Shown: positions 18,092 through 27,614, numbered from the stretch's first letter. The stretch is 32,000 nucleotides of DNA from Kiritimatiella glycovorans (GCF_001017655.1 NZ_CP010904.1:1710001-1742000), one strand, 5' to 3'. Notes: generated by a model from the letters alone, not told the origin. A program made the numbers and translations.

Positions 18092-19137
18092 GCGCCCTCT
18101 TGCGCTTCCTCGCGCCAGAACCGTTTTCCGGATTCCATCATGATGCTGATCGGCCGCAGCGGTTCGATGTTTTCACACACGATCTTGATCGCGGCCGCGA
18201 TGGGCACCGCGAGCAGGGCGCCGATAAAGCCCCACAGCCATCCCCAGAAGACCAGCGCGATCAGGACCACCAGCGGACTGAGGTTGAGCCGCTCGCCCAT
18301 CATCTTGGGTTCGACGCCGTTGCCCATGACGACCTGGATAATCATGAAGATCAGCGCGGTGAGCACCGCCATCCAGTAGTTCGGGTAGAACTGGACCAGC
18401 GCCATAAGCGTCGGCGGGATGCCGGCGATGATCGATCCGATGGTCGGGATAAAATTCAGGAAGAAGGCAATCGCGCCCCAGGTCATCGGAAAATCGACCC
18501 CGATCGCGGTCATCGCCCCCCAGACCAGCAGACCGGTGATCAGGCTGATGACCAGTTTCGCCGTGAGGTATCGGCTGATCTGCCCCGCGATCGAGTCGAG
18601 CACGTCGGTGACCCGCGCGGAGCGTCCGCCGGGGAACGCGTACCGGATCTTGGCCTTCATGTACGGCTTTCCGAGCAGCATGAACACGAGAAAGATGAGC
18701 ACCATCACCAGGTTGCTCACAAAGCCGACAAAAGATCCCGAGAAGGCGACGATCCGCTTGCCGGCGAGCTGCAGCCAGTCGACTTCGGCGAGCGAAGACT
18801 TGATGTAAGGCAGGCGCGTGGTGATGTCCGCCGAGATTTCGGTGAACCGCTGCGCGTAGGCTTCGTACTCCTGGGCGAAGGAGGCGACCCGGGCATAGAC
18901 GAACATCCCGCCCAGGTAGCACACCGCCAGCAGGAACAAAATCACGCACATCACGGCGAACCCGATGTTGATGTGATAGCGGATCAGACGACGGACCACC
19001 GGCGCGAAGATGTACGAGAGGAGCCACGCGATCATCAGCGGCAGGATCACGACCTGCGCGGCGTCCAGCACGACCCCCACTGCGATCACGGCCACGATGC
19101 CGAGCAGCGCCGTCATAAAATTGCGGTCATCGATCAT
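18088..19137 (-). CDS. AI-2E family transporter (PerM/YhhT-like permease)
   Basis: 349 aa with multiple hydrophobic spans. The NFIPTIGSIIAGIPP and LSPLVVLIALVFWGWLWG segments are typical of UPF0118/AI-2E permeases. Confidence 0.8.
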   Translation of the reverse strand: MIDDRNFMTALLGIVAVIAVGVVLDAAQVVILPLMIAWLLSYIFAPVVRRLIRYHINIGFAVMCVILFLLAVCYLGGMFVYARVASFAQEYEAYAQRFTEISADITTRLPYIKSSLAEVDWLQLAGKRIVAFSGSFVGFVSNLVMVLIFLVFMLLGKPYMKAKIRYAFPGGRSARVTDVLDSIAGQISRYLTAKLVISLITGLLVWGAMTAIGVDFPMTWGAIAFFLNFIPTIGSIIAGIPPTLMALVQFYPNYWMAVLTALIFMIIQVVMGNGVEPKMMGERLNLSPLVVLIALVFWGWLWGFIGALLAVPIAAAIKIVCENIEPLRPISIMMESGKRFWREEAQEGA

Positions 19138-19158
19138 GAGCGCTTCCCCTTTCGGAGG

Positions 19159-19788
19159 TCACTCGGAATGCCCCGATTCATACTCCGTGATTGCATGCTC
19201 GTGACGGAGCGTGAGGTCGATCAGATCCTCGCCGCGCAGGAGGCGTTCGCGCACCGTGTCCTCGATCGCAAACCTGTACGTGGCCTCTCCGCCCGCATCA
19301 TGCACCGTGAGCACCTGGGCTTCAAGATCGACCGAACCCTCGATCCCCGGCGACGCCTTCAGTCGATTGAAGATCTCCTCCGCCTCTTCAGGCGGGAGTT
19401 CGATCGGCAGCAGCCCGTTATTGAGGGCGTTGTTGCGGAAGATATCCGCGAAGGCGGGCGTGCGGTCTTCTCCCGCGCCCTGCCAGGGGGCGACGATCGC
19501 CCGCAGCCCATACTGCTGCAGGGCCCACACGGCGTGTTCGCGGCTCGATCCGCAGCCGAAGTTGGAGCCGGCGACGAGGATGCGCGCGTTCTGATTCTCC
19601 GGCCGGTTCAGCACGAATTCCGGGTCCGGCGATCCGTCATCCCGGTAGCGCCACTCGGCGAACAGGGCGCGGTCGAAGCCCTCACGGCTGACCGATTTCA
19701 GGTGTTCCTTGGGGATGATCGCATCGGTGTCGATATTTGCACGATCGATCCCCGCCATCGTTCCGCGAAAGGTGGTCAACGGTTCCAT
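19159..19788 (-). CDS. leuD: 3-isopropylmalate dehydratase small subunit
   Basis: NTDAIIPKEHLK and NFGCGSSREHAVWAL, the LeuD/aconitase swivel domain. It follows directly downstream of leuC. Confidence 0.92.
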   Translation of the reverse strand: MEPLTTFRGTMAGIDRANIDTDAIIPKEHLKSVSREGFDRALFAEWRYRDDGSPDPEFVLNRPENQNARILVAGSNFGCGSSREHAVWALQQYGLRAIVAPWQGAGEDRTPAFADIFRNNALNNGLLPIELPPEEAEEIFNRLKASPGIEGSVDLEAQVLTVHDAGGEATYRFAIEDTVRERLLRGEDLIDLTLRHEHAITEYESGHSE

Positions 19789-19789
19789 G

Positions 19790-21193
19790 TCAGAACTCCC
19801 TCGGATCGGTGAATCGTCCGCTTACGGCCGCCGCCGCGGCGGTACGCGGACTCACCAGGTGGGTGCGGCCGCCCATGCCCTGGCGGCCCTCGAAGTTGCG
19901 ATTGGAGGTGGAGGCGCAGCGTTCGCCGGCCTCGAGGCGGTCGGGATTCATGGCGAGGCACATACTGCAGCCGGCGTACCGCCATTCCGCGCCGGCCTCC
20001 ACAAAGATCCGGTCGAGCCGCTCCTGTTCAGCCTGATGGCGGACGCGCTCTGATCCGGGCACGACCAGGACGCGCACGCCCTGTGCCACACGGCGGTTCT
20101 TCATCACCTCCGCCGCCTCGCGCAGATCCTCGATGCGGCCGTTCGTGCAGCTCCCGATAAACACCGTATCGACCTCGATATCGCCGATCGCCTGCCCCGG
20201 CTTCAGCCCCATGTAGTCCAGCGCGCGCTGCACATCGGCGGGCCGGTAGTTCGGGACCTCGTCGAGCTGCGGGACGCGTCCGTTCACCCCCGTCACCATG
20301 CCGGGACTGGTGCCCCAGGTGACCTGGGGTTCGAGCGACGACAAATCGACCTCCAGCTCGTGGTCGAAGTGTGCGCCCTCGTCGGTGGTCAGCGTACGCC
20401 AGTCTTCGATCGCCCGATCGAGCGCCGCGCCTCCGGGAGCGTAGGGACGCTCCTCCGCGCGCAGGTAATCAAAGGTCATTTCGTCCGGCGCGATCATGCC
20501 GGTCCGCGCGCCGGCCTCGATGGCCATGTTGCATATCGTGAACCGGCCCTCCATCGAGAGCGTCCGCACCGCCGGGCCGCAGAACTCGAAGGCCGCCCCG
20601 GTCCCGGCGGCGGTCCCGTAGAGTCCGATAAACCGGAGGATCAGGTCCTTGGCCCCGCAGCCCCCGGGAAGATCGCCCATGAAGAGGACCCGGTTGACCG
20701 CCGGTTTGCGCTGACGGATCGTCTGCGTGGCGAGGACGTGTTCCACCTCCGAGGTGCCGATACCGAAGGCGAGCGAACCGAACGCGCCATGGGTGGCCGT
20801 ATGGGAATCGCCGCAGACAACCGTCTGGCCCGGAAGCGTGATGCCGAGTTCGGGGCCGATGATGTGGACGATGCCCTGGTGGTCGTCGCCGAGCCCGAAG
20901 AGCCGGACGCCGAACTCGCCGCAGTTGCGGTCGAGCGCTTCGATCTGGGCGCGGGAGACCTCGTCGCGGACACAGAGCCGATCCGCGCCGGTGGGCACGT
21001 TGTGATCCATCGTCGCGAACGTCCGCTCCGGACGGCGCACCCGGCGTCCTTTCAGCCGCAGGCCTTCAAATGCCTGCGGGCTGGTGACTTCATGGACGAG
21101 GTGCCGGTCGACGTAGAGCAGCTGCTCGCCGCCGCCCAGCTCGGTCACGACATGACGGTTCCATACCTTATCGAAAAGGGTCTGTGGTTCCAT
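19790..21193 (-). CDS. leuC: 3-isopropylmalate dehydratase large subunit
   Basis: [27 protein letters not shown] and CSMCLAMN Fe-S ligand motifs. I chose the internal ATG at 21193 (MEPQTLFDK...). Confidence 0.95.
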   Translation of the reverse strand: MEPQTLFDKVWNRHVVTELGGGEQLLYVDRHLVHEVTSPQAFEGLRLKGRRVRRPERTFATMDHNVPTGADRLCVRDEVSRAQIEALDRNCGEFGVRLFGLGDDHQGIVHIIGPELGITLPGQTVVCGDSHTATHGAFGSLAFGIGTSEVEHVLATQTIRQRKPAVNRVLFMGDLPGGCGAKDLILRFIGLYGTAAGTGAAFEFCGPAVRTLSMEGRFTICNMAIEAGARTGMIAPDEMTFDYLRAEERPYAPGGAALDRAIEDWRTLTTDEGAHFDHELEVDLSSLEPQVTWGTSPGMVTGVNGRVPQLDEVPNYRPADVQRALDYMGLKPGQAIGDIEVDTVFIGSCTNGRIEDLREAAEVMKNRRVAQGVRVLVVPGSERVRHQAEQERLDRIFVEAGAEWRYAGCSMCLAMNPDRLEAGERCASTSNRNFEGRQGMGGRTHLVSPRTAAAAAVSGRFTDPREF

Positions 21194-21331
21194 GACTCCC
21201 TGCTTTGCTTCATGAATTGAGCGGGGAAGTATAGCGATACACCCCGCTGCAATCACGCACAAAACACCCGCAGGCTGAGTCCTCGGAAGCATCGGATCAC
21301 GACCCGGCTCCAAAACAGGACGGCGGCTTCA

Positions 21332-22177
21332 TCAGGCGTTATCCGCGGCAGCGGTTATCAGGGCGTAGGTCAGCCGCGCGGCGGTGAAGTCCGGGGCATG
21401 CATTCCGGGAATCGGGGCCAGTTCGACGACATCGATGCCGACCACGCGGCGACCGGCGGTCACGGCACGAATCAGCCGCCGGGCGGTCCACCAGTCGAGC
21501 CCGCCGGGCTCGGGCGTACCCGTGGCGGGCATCAGCGAGGGGTCGAGCGCATCGACGTCAAACGTGATGTACACATGCCCGGGAAAGGTCGCGGGCAGGA
21601 GCGGCGCGGGCACACCGCCGGCCGCGATCGATTCGGCGTCCAGGTGCGGAATGGCCCGTTCGCGCCGCAGCTCGTGCTCCCCGGGCGACATCGCGCGCAC
21701 GCCGATCTGAAAGAGCGGGAGATCGAGATCCTCGATCGCCCGCCGCATCACGCAGGCATGGCTGTCGCGGCGCCCTTCGTAGCAGTCGCGCAGGTCGGCA
21801 TGCGCATCGAACTGCACCAGGCCGAACGATACGCCCTCGTCCCTGAGCGCCTTCAGCGGGGCGAGGGTGGCGCTGTGCTCGCCGCCGAGCAGGACCGGCA
21901 CGGCCCCGCACCGGAGCGCCTTCGCCGCCGTCCGCCTGACGGCGTCCGGATCGCCGGCGGCCGCAGCGGTGTGGATCCCCCGTTCGCAGGCGCAGAGGCC
22001 TTCATCGAACGCCTCAAGCTGCGTGGAGGCGCGCAGGATCGCCTCCGGCCCGTTGCGCGTACCCCCACCGTACGACACCGTCTCCTCCAGCGGCGCGGGG
22101 ATCACATGAAACAGGCACTGCTCCGCCGGCCGCGGACTCAGTTCGGATTCAAGAAAGTCCGGGATCTCCCTGCTCAT
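21332..22177 (-). CDS. speB: agmatinase (ureohydrolase family)
   Basis: LGGEHS, FDAHADLRD and FDVDALDP are the Mn-binding motifs of the arginase/agmatinase family. The gene is adjacent to speA and nspC. Confidence 0.85.
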   Translation of the reverse strand: MSREIPDFLESELSPRPAEQCLFHVIPAPLEETVSYGGGTRNGPEAILRASTQLEAFDEGLCACERGIHTAAAAGDPDAVRRTAAKALRCGAVPVLLGGEHSATLAPLKALRDEGVSFGLVQFDAHADLRDCYEGRRDSHACVMRRAIEDLDLPLFQIGVRAMSPGEHELRRERAIPHLDAESIAAGGVPAPLLPATFPGHVYITFDVDALDPSLMPATGTPEPGGLDWWTARRLIRAVTAGRRVVGIDVVELAPIPGMHAPDFTAARLTYALITAAADNA

Positions 22178-22180
22178 GAT

Positions 22181-23362
22181 TTACCCCAGCCTCGACTTGT
22201 AGTCTTCATACGTGAACTCACGCAGCATCACGATCCGCCCGTCGCGGCGGACGGCGATCGACGGATGGCGCACGCCGTTGAAAAACGTGGTCTTGACCAT
22301 CGTGTAGTGGGCCATGTCCTCGAACGCCAGCCGGTCTCCGACGCGCAGCGGTCGCGGGAACGCGTAGTCGCCGATCACGTCGCCGGCGAGGCAGCTGTGG
22401 CCCGCCAGCCGCACGGCATGCCGCCCTTCCCTTCCGCCGCGCGGGTCGTCGGCGCCGGGAAAACTTCCGCCGCGTTCCATCAGCGCCACGCGGGGCCTGT
22501 ACGGCATCTCGAGTACGTCCGGCATGTGGCAGGTACAGGAGATATCGAGCACCGCGACCTCGCGGTTCCCCGCGGAAATCACATCCAGCACCGTGCAGAG
22601 CAGCACGCCGGCATGGAGCACAACGGCCTCGCCCGGCTCGAGAATAACCTCCACGCCGTAGAGGTCGCGGGCGCGGTCGATCAGCCGGCAGAGCAGATCG
22701 ACATCGTAATCCCCGCGTGTAATGTGGTGTCCGCCGCCGAGGTTGAGCCAGCGCATCGCGGGCAGTATATCGGCGAATTTCCCGTGCAGGGCGTCCAGCG
22801 TGACCTCAAGCGCCTCCGCGCCCTGTTCACAGAGCGTATGCATGTGCAGCCCGTCTATCTCGCCAAAATCCATCCCTTCACACTGCGAGCGCCTGAGACC
22901 GAGGTGCGAGTCCGGACGGCAGGGATCGTAGAGGGCGTGTCCGGGCGGCTGGGTGGAGTGTTCGGGATTGACGCGCAAACCGTAACTCACCGCGCTTCCC
23001 GCCCGGCGGGCGGGTCTTGCGAAGCGCTCCCACTGCGACCGCGAATTGAAGCTGATCGCGTCGCAGTACTTCTCCAGCTCGCGGAATCCCGCGTCATCAC
23101 AGGCGGGACCGTAGGCGTGGACATAGCCGCCGAATTCCTCGCGTCCGAGTCGCGCCTCCCAGGGTGAACTGACGCAGACTCCGTCGAGATACGCGCGCAT
23201 CTGCGGGAAGAGTCGCCACAGCGCGAACGCCTTGAGCGCGAGCAGGATCCGGCAGCCGGTGCGCTCCCTGACCGCCGCCAGCGTCCTCAGATTCGCGCGC
23301 AGCCGATCCTCGTCCACGATGTACAGCGGTGATATAGGGCGTTGATTCGTCATCGTCTCCAT
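22181..23362 (-). CDS. nspC: carboxynorspermidine/carboxyspermidine decarboxylase
   Basis: ILLALKAF (PLP-Lys region), FGGYVHAYGP and AISFNS resemble Vibrio NspC as I recall it. The start is the ATG at 23362 or 23353, and neither has a strong Shine-Dalgarno. The track N-terminal extension runs into the repeat region. Confidence 0.85.
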   Translation of the reverse strand: METMTNQRPISPLYIVDEDRLRANLRTLAAVRERTGCRILLALKAFALWRLFPQMRAYLDGVCVSSPWEARLGREEFGGYVHAYGPACDDAGFRELEKYCDAISFNSRSQWERFARPARRAGSAVSYGLRVNPEHSTQPPGHALYDPCRPDSHLGLRRSQCEGMDFGEIDGLHMHTLCEQGAEALEVTLDALHGKFADILPAMRWLNLGGGHHITRGDYDVDLLCRLIDRARDLYGVEVILEPGEAVVLHAGVLLCTVLDVISAGNREVAVLDISCTCHMPDVLEMPYRPRVALMERGGSFPGADDPRGGREGRHAVRLAGHSCLAGDVIGDYAFPRPLRVGDRLAFEDMAHYTMVKTTFFNGVRHPSIAVRRDGRIVMLREFTYEDYKSRLG

Positions 23363-23576
23363 GAGCCACGAAAAAAGCACAGGGGCAGCAAGAAAAGAAG
23401 TGCCACAAAGAAGCACAAGAAATACAGAAGAAGCCACAAAAAAGCACAAGACGCACAGAAGATCCCACAGAAGAAGCCACTTATTTCACAGCCGGAAAAG
23501 GCACCTCTCTTCTGTGTCTCCTGTGCCTTTTTGTGGCCGTTTTTCTCATTCCCCTCTTCTGTGCCCTTTTGCGGCC
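23363..23576. repeat. intra-operon spacer made of roughly 33-bp purine-rich units in direct and inverted orientation (long imperfect hairpin)
   Basis: Plus-strand units of the type GCCACAAAAAAGCACAAG..CACAGAAGA begin near 23364, 23400 and 23433. Reverse-complement units lie at 23509-23537 and 23551-23574. Segment 23433-23461 matches the reverse complement of 23509-23537 at 25/29 positions. Confidence 0.85.
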
Positions 23577-24779
23577 TCAGGGGAGCGGTTCGGCCCCTTC
23601 CTGCACCGTCCACGGCAACCCGTACTTTTCGAGATCCGCCATGAACGGGTCGGGGTCGAACTGTTCCATATTGAACACCCCTTCGCCGCGCCAGGTCCCT
23701 TCGATCATCTGTTTCGCGCCCACCATCGCCGGAACCCCGGTGGTATACGAGATCGCCTGGGCGCGCACTTCGCGGTAGCACTGCTGGTGATCGCAGATGT
23801 TGTAGATGTAGCAGGTGCGCGGCTCGCCGTCTTTGATCCCGCTGACGATGCATCCGATACAGGTTTTGCCCCGGGTTTCGGGTCCGAGCGAAGCCGGTTC
23901 CGGCAGCACGGCCTTGAGGAACTGGAGCGGAACGATCTGCTGTCCCCGATAGTCCACGGGATCGATGCGCGTCATACCCACATTCTGCAGGACCTCGAGA
24001 TGTTTGAGATACGCATCCGAAAAGCTCATCCAGAACCGCGCGCGCTGCAGCCCCGGGACATGTTTCACCAGGGACTCGAGTTCCTCGTGATACATGAGAT
24101 AGATATTCATTCCGCCCAGCTCCTCCGGGAGGTCAAACGACCGGCGGACCGAGAGCGGGTCGGTCTCTCTCCACTGCCCGTTTTCCCAGTAGCAACCTTT
24201 CGCGGTGACTTCGCGGATATTGATCTCCGGGTTGAAGTTGGTAGCGAACGGCTGGTTGTGGGCTCCCGCGTTGCAGTCGACGATATCGATCGCGTGCAGC
24301 TCGTCGAAGTAATGCTTGCGGAGGTACATGCAGAACACGCTCGTCACGCCCGGATCAAACCCCGATCCCAGCAGGGCCATCAGGCCGGCCTTGCGAAATG
24401 CTTCGTCGTAGGCCCACTGCCAGGAATACTCGAATTTTGCGGTGTCGCGGGGCTCGTAGTTCGCGGTGTCGAGGTAATCGACCCCGCACTGCAGGCACGC
24501 ATCCATGATCGCCAGGTCCTGGTACGGGAGGGCCAGGTTCATGACCAGCGACGGCCGGTGGCGGCGGATCAGCTCGACGAGTTCGGGCCCGTGCTCCGCA
24601 TCGACCTCCGCCGTCGTGACGGGGCGGGGCAGTTGCGCCGCGACCGCCTCGCATTTTTCGCGCGTGCGGCTGGCGAGGACGAGGTCTCCGAACACCTCCG
24701 GGTGCGCCGCGACTTTATGCGCGGCCACCCCGCCGACCCCGCCGGCTCCGATCATCAACACCCCGGATTTATCTCTCAT
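23577..24779 (-). CDS. carboxynorspermidine/carboxyspermidine dehydrogenase (saccharopine dehydrogenase family)
   Basis: VLMIGAGGVGGVAAHK Rossmann N-terminus, GFDPGVTSVF, ATNFNPEIN, AISYTTGVPA and VFNMEQFDPDPF match the CANSDH family as I recall it. Confidence 0.85.
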   Translation of the reverse strand: MRDKSGVLMIGAGGVGGVAAHKVAAHPEVFGDLVLASRTREKCEAVAAQLPRPVTTAEVDAEHGPELVELIRRHRPSLVMNLALPYQDLAIMDACLQCGVDYLDTANYEPRDTAKFEYSWQWAYDEAFRKAGLMALLGSGFDPGVTSVFCMYLRKHYFDELHAIDIVDCNAGAHNQPFATNFNPEINIREVTAKGCYWENGQWRETDPLSVRRSFDLPEELGGMNIYLMYHEELESLVKHVPGLQRARFWMSFSDAYLKHLEVLQNVGMTRIDPVDYRGQQIVPLQFLKAVLPEPASLGPETRGKTCIGCIVSGIKDGEPRTCYIYNICDHQQCYREVRAQAISYTTGVPAMVGAKQMIEGTWRGEGVFNMEQFDPDPFMADLEKYGLPWTVQEGAEPLP

Positions 24780-26691
24780 AGTAGGTATACCCCCTCAGTC
24801 CCGCTTCGTACGCGTTGACGATGTCCCGGCTTTCACGCGGGGTGATGCGTTTCGCGCGCACCGCCTGCTCGGCGAGTCTGCGCATGCCGGCGACCATATC
24901 CTTGGATTGATACTCCACCACATCCAGCACGTCCGCCACCGCGTCGCCTTCGACATCGCGCACGTACTCCACGCTGCCGTCCTCATCCATATGCACGCTG
25001 ACGACGTTCGTATCCCCCAGCAGATTGTGCAGGTCTCCGAGCGTCTCCTGGTACGCCCCGACCAGAAAGATGCCGAGGTAGTACTCTTCGCCGTCCCGGA
25101 GTTCGTGCAGCGGAAGCGTACGCCTCACATCGTGCAGATCGATGAAGCGGTCCAGCTTGCCGTCGCAGTCGCAGGTGATGTCGGCGATCATCCCTTCCCG
25201 TGCCGGGCGCTCGTCGAGCCGGTGCAGCGGCATGACCGGGAAGAGCTGATCGATCGCCCATGCGTCGGGCAGCGACTGGAACACGCTGAAGTTTCCGTAG
25301 TAGACATCCGCCACCCGCTGACCCAGCCCCTCGAAATCATCCGGCACGTACTCCATGCCGCGGATCGTATCGACCACCTTCATCATGAGGTGCCAGAAAA
25401 GCTGTTCCGCGACCGCGCGCTGCCGCAGTCCGAGCGATCCGTGCTGGAAGAGCTGGCGTATCTCGTCACGGTAGTACAGGGCGTCGTGATAACACTCCTG
25501 CACGTTCCGGGCCGTCATGGTTTCCGGAATCGACGCCAGGCTGCGAAGGGACTCATGCGAATCCTCCGGAAGCGCGCCGGACGGCGGCGAGCACTCGAAC
25601 CGGCTCACATCGAGCACGTTGAAGAGCAGGACCGAGTAGTAAGCCGTGATGGCGCGTCCGGACTCCGTCACGATATCGGGATGGTCGATGCCCGCCTCGT
25701 TCATGATCGACATCACACCCTCGATAATATCGGCCGTATATTCGTCCATGCTGTAGTTGCGGCTGCTGGAGAAGTCGGTATGCGAACCGTCGTAATCCAC
25801 GGCCAGCCCCCCGCCGAGATCGAGCAGCCCCATGGGCGCCCCTTCCCGGACCAGGCCCGCATAGACCCGGGCCGCCTCGCGCACGGCGTTGCGGATGTCG
25901 CGGATATTCGGGATCTGGGATCCGACGTGGTAGTGCAGCATGTGCAGACCGTCGAGCATGCCGCGTTCGCGGAGTTCATCGACGAGATTCACGACCTGCG
26001 CCGTGTTGAGTCCGAACACGCTCTGGTCCCCGCCGGACTCCGACCAGCGCCCTCCGGCGCTGCTGGAGAGCTTGATGCGCACCCCGAGACTCGGACGCAC
26101 GCCCAGCGCCGCGGCGCGCCGGAGAATGATCGGAAGTTCGCCGGGCGACTCGATAACCAGGACGCAGGACATGCCGAGTTTGCGGGCATACAGGCCGAGG
26201 TCGATGAACTCCTCGTCCTTGTAGCCGTTGCAGATAAGCAACGCCTCGGGATCGCGCAGCACCGACATCGCCGCGATCAGCTCCGCCTTGCTGCCCGCCT
26301 CGAGGCCGTAGTGGTACGGAGCCCCGTAGCGTGCGACCGCGGCCACCACCTGCGCCTGCTGATTGACCTTGATCGGGTATACGCCGCGAAACCCGGCACG
26401 GTAGCCGGCCTCGCGGATCGCGCGCGCGAAGCTTTCGTTCAGGGTTCGGATCCTTGAGGCGAGAATATCCTCGAGCCGGAGCAGCACCGGCATCGCCACG
26501 CCGCGCTCTTCCAGGTCTTCGATGACGGCCCTCAGGCTCAACCGCGCGCCGTCGGGGGACCCGTCGGGACAGACGAGCACTTCCCCGCCGTCCGAGACAT
26601 CGAAATACCCGGCGCCCCAGTTGCGGACCCCGTACACTTCGCGCGCGTCCCGTACGCCCCAGGATTCGGCTGCTGTCGTATCGACCGTCAT
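24769..26691 (-). CDS. speA: biosynthetic arginine decarboxylase
   Basis: YGVRNWGAGYF, YPIKVNQ (PLP-Lys region), HYHVGSQ and GGGLAVDYDG. I chose the ATG at 26691, preceded by GGAGGGG; the track start at 26709 is a GTG. The 3' end overlaps the next gene by 11 nt. Confidence 0.92.
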   Translation of the reverse strand: MTVDTTAAESWGVRDAREVYGVRNWGAGYFDVSDGGEVLVCPDGSPDGARLSLRAVIEDLEERGVAMPVLLRLEDILASRIRTLNESFARAIREAGYRAGFRGVYPIKVNQQAQVVAAVARYGAPYHYGLEAGSKAELIAAMSVLRDPEALLICNGYKDEEFIDLGLYARKLGMSCVLVIESPGELPIILRRAAALGVRPSLGVRIKLSSSAGGRWSESGGDQSVFGLNTAQVVNLVDELRERGMLDGLHMLHYHVGSQIPNIRDIRNAVREAARVYAGLVREGAPMGLLDLGGGLAVDYDGSHTDFSSSRNYSMDEYTADIIEGVMSIMNEAGIDHPDIVTESGRAITAYYSVLLFNVLDVSRFECSPPSGALPEDSHESLRSLASIPETMTARNVQECYHDALYYRDEIRQLFQHGSLGLRQRAVAEQLFWHLMMKVVDTIRGMEYVPDDFEGLGQRVADVYYGNFSVFQSLPDAWAIDQLFPVMPLHRLDERPAREGMIADITCDCDGKLDRFIDLHDVRRTLPLHELRDGEEYYLGIFLVGAYQETLGDLHNLLGDTNVVSVHMDEDGSVEYVRDVEGDAVADVLDVVEYQSKDMVAGMRRLAEQAVRAKRITPRESRDIVNAYEAGLRGYTYYER

Positions 26692-26750
26692 GGACCCCTC
26701 CGGAAACACGCCCTTTTACTGGCGCGCCGCCGGCGCCGCCAAGCAAATCT

Positions 26751-27479
26751 TCACCCCTGCCCCGCAATCGTCGACCGGCCGCCGTCGACCCCGATGACCT
26801 GGCCCGTGATCCAGTCCGCGTCCGACGACACCAGAAAGGCGGTCAGCGCCGCGATGTCCTGCGCCGCCCCCAGGCGCGGCAGGGGGTGCCCGGCGGCGAT
26901 CGCCGCGGCCGTCTTTTCGCTGGAAAGGATTCCCGCGGCGAGCGGGGTACGCGTCAGCGAGGGGGCCACGGCATTGATCCGGACTTGGGGCGCGAGTTCC
27001 GCCGCAAGCGATACGGTCAGTCCCGACACGGCGGCCTTGGCCATACCCATGGAGGCATGCCACTTGAATCCGCGCGCCGCGGCGACACTCGAAAAGAACA
27101 CGACCGAAGCCGGCTGTTCGCTCTGTTTAAGCGCCGGCAGCGCCGAACGCACCGCCAGCGCGGCCCCCAGCGCATTAACCCGGAAATCGCGCTCGTAATC
27201 CTCTCTTCCCAGACGGGAAAAACTCCCGAGATTGATGGTTCCCACGGCGTACACCAGTCCGGCGAGTTCGCGGCCGGCTTCCTCCGCGGCCCGCTCGAAG
27301 GTTTCGGTGTCGTTTACATCTCCCGCCGTAAAGCCCGCCTCCAGCTCTTCAGCCAGAGCCTGCAGCCTGTTTTCGCTGCGCGCGACGAGATGCAGTCCGT
27401 ATCCCCGCCCGCGAAGCTCGCGGGCGCAGGCCTCGCCTATGCCTCCCGTCCCGCCGTACATCATAATTGTTCCGGCCAT
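26751..27479 (-). CDS. short-chain dehydrogenase/reductase family protein, atypical active-site region
   Basis: GGTGGIG cofactor motif, FFSSVAA and INAVAPS. The expected YxxxK reads ...WHASMGMAKAAV... with no Tyr four residues before the Lys. Confidence 0.8.
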   Translation of the reverse strand: MAGTIMMYGGTGGIGEACARELRGRGYGLHLVARSENRLQALAEELEAGFTAGDVNDTETFERAAEEAGRELAGLVYAVGTINLGSFSRLGREDYERDFRVNALGAALAVRSALPALKQSEQPASVVFFSSVAAARGFKWHASMGMAKAAVSGLTVSLAAELAPQVRINAVAPSLTRTPLAAGILSSEKTAAAIAAGHPLPRLGAAQDIAALTAFLVSSDADWITGQVIGVDGGRSTIAGQG

Positions 27480-27495
27480 GATGCGACTCCTTTAC

Positions 27496-27556
27496 TGTGC
27501 GCACACTGTAGCAGAACCGGGAACCGGATGGGAATGAGCGCACGCCCCGGTTCTGC
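27496..27556 (-). promoter_or_regulatory. palindrome plus 11-bp perfect stem in the leader/promoter of the SDR-speA operon
   Basis: A 10-bp perfect palindrome TGTGCGCACA lies at 27496-27505, flanked by ACTGT on both sides and 17 nt upstream of the SDR ATG. The stem gcagaaccggg (27511-27521) pairs with cccggttctgc (27546-27556) around a 24-nt loop. Confidence 0.4.
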
Positions 27557-27614
27557 GAGCCTCTTGCACCCCCCGCAGCGCGGCGCCTGACGGCTTGCGT
27601 CGCGGGGCGTTTTG

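Noticed and set aside
21194-21331. Possible leucine attenuator or leader peptide upstream of leuC
   Set aside because: The only small ORF ([11 protein letters not shown]) has no Leu codons. There is just one 6-bp hairpin (21221-21247) and no terminator/antiterminator alternative that I could see.
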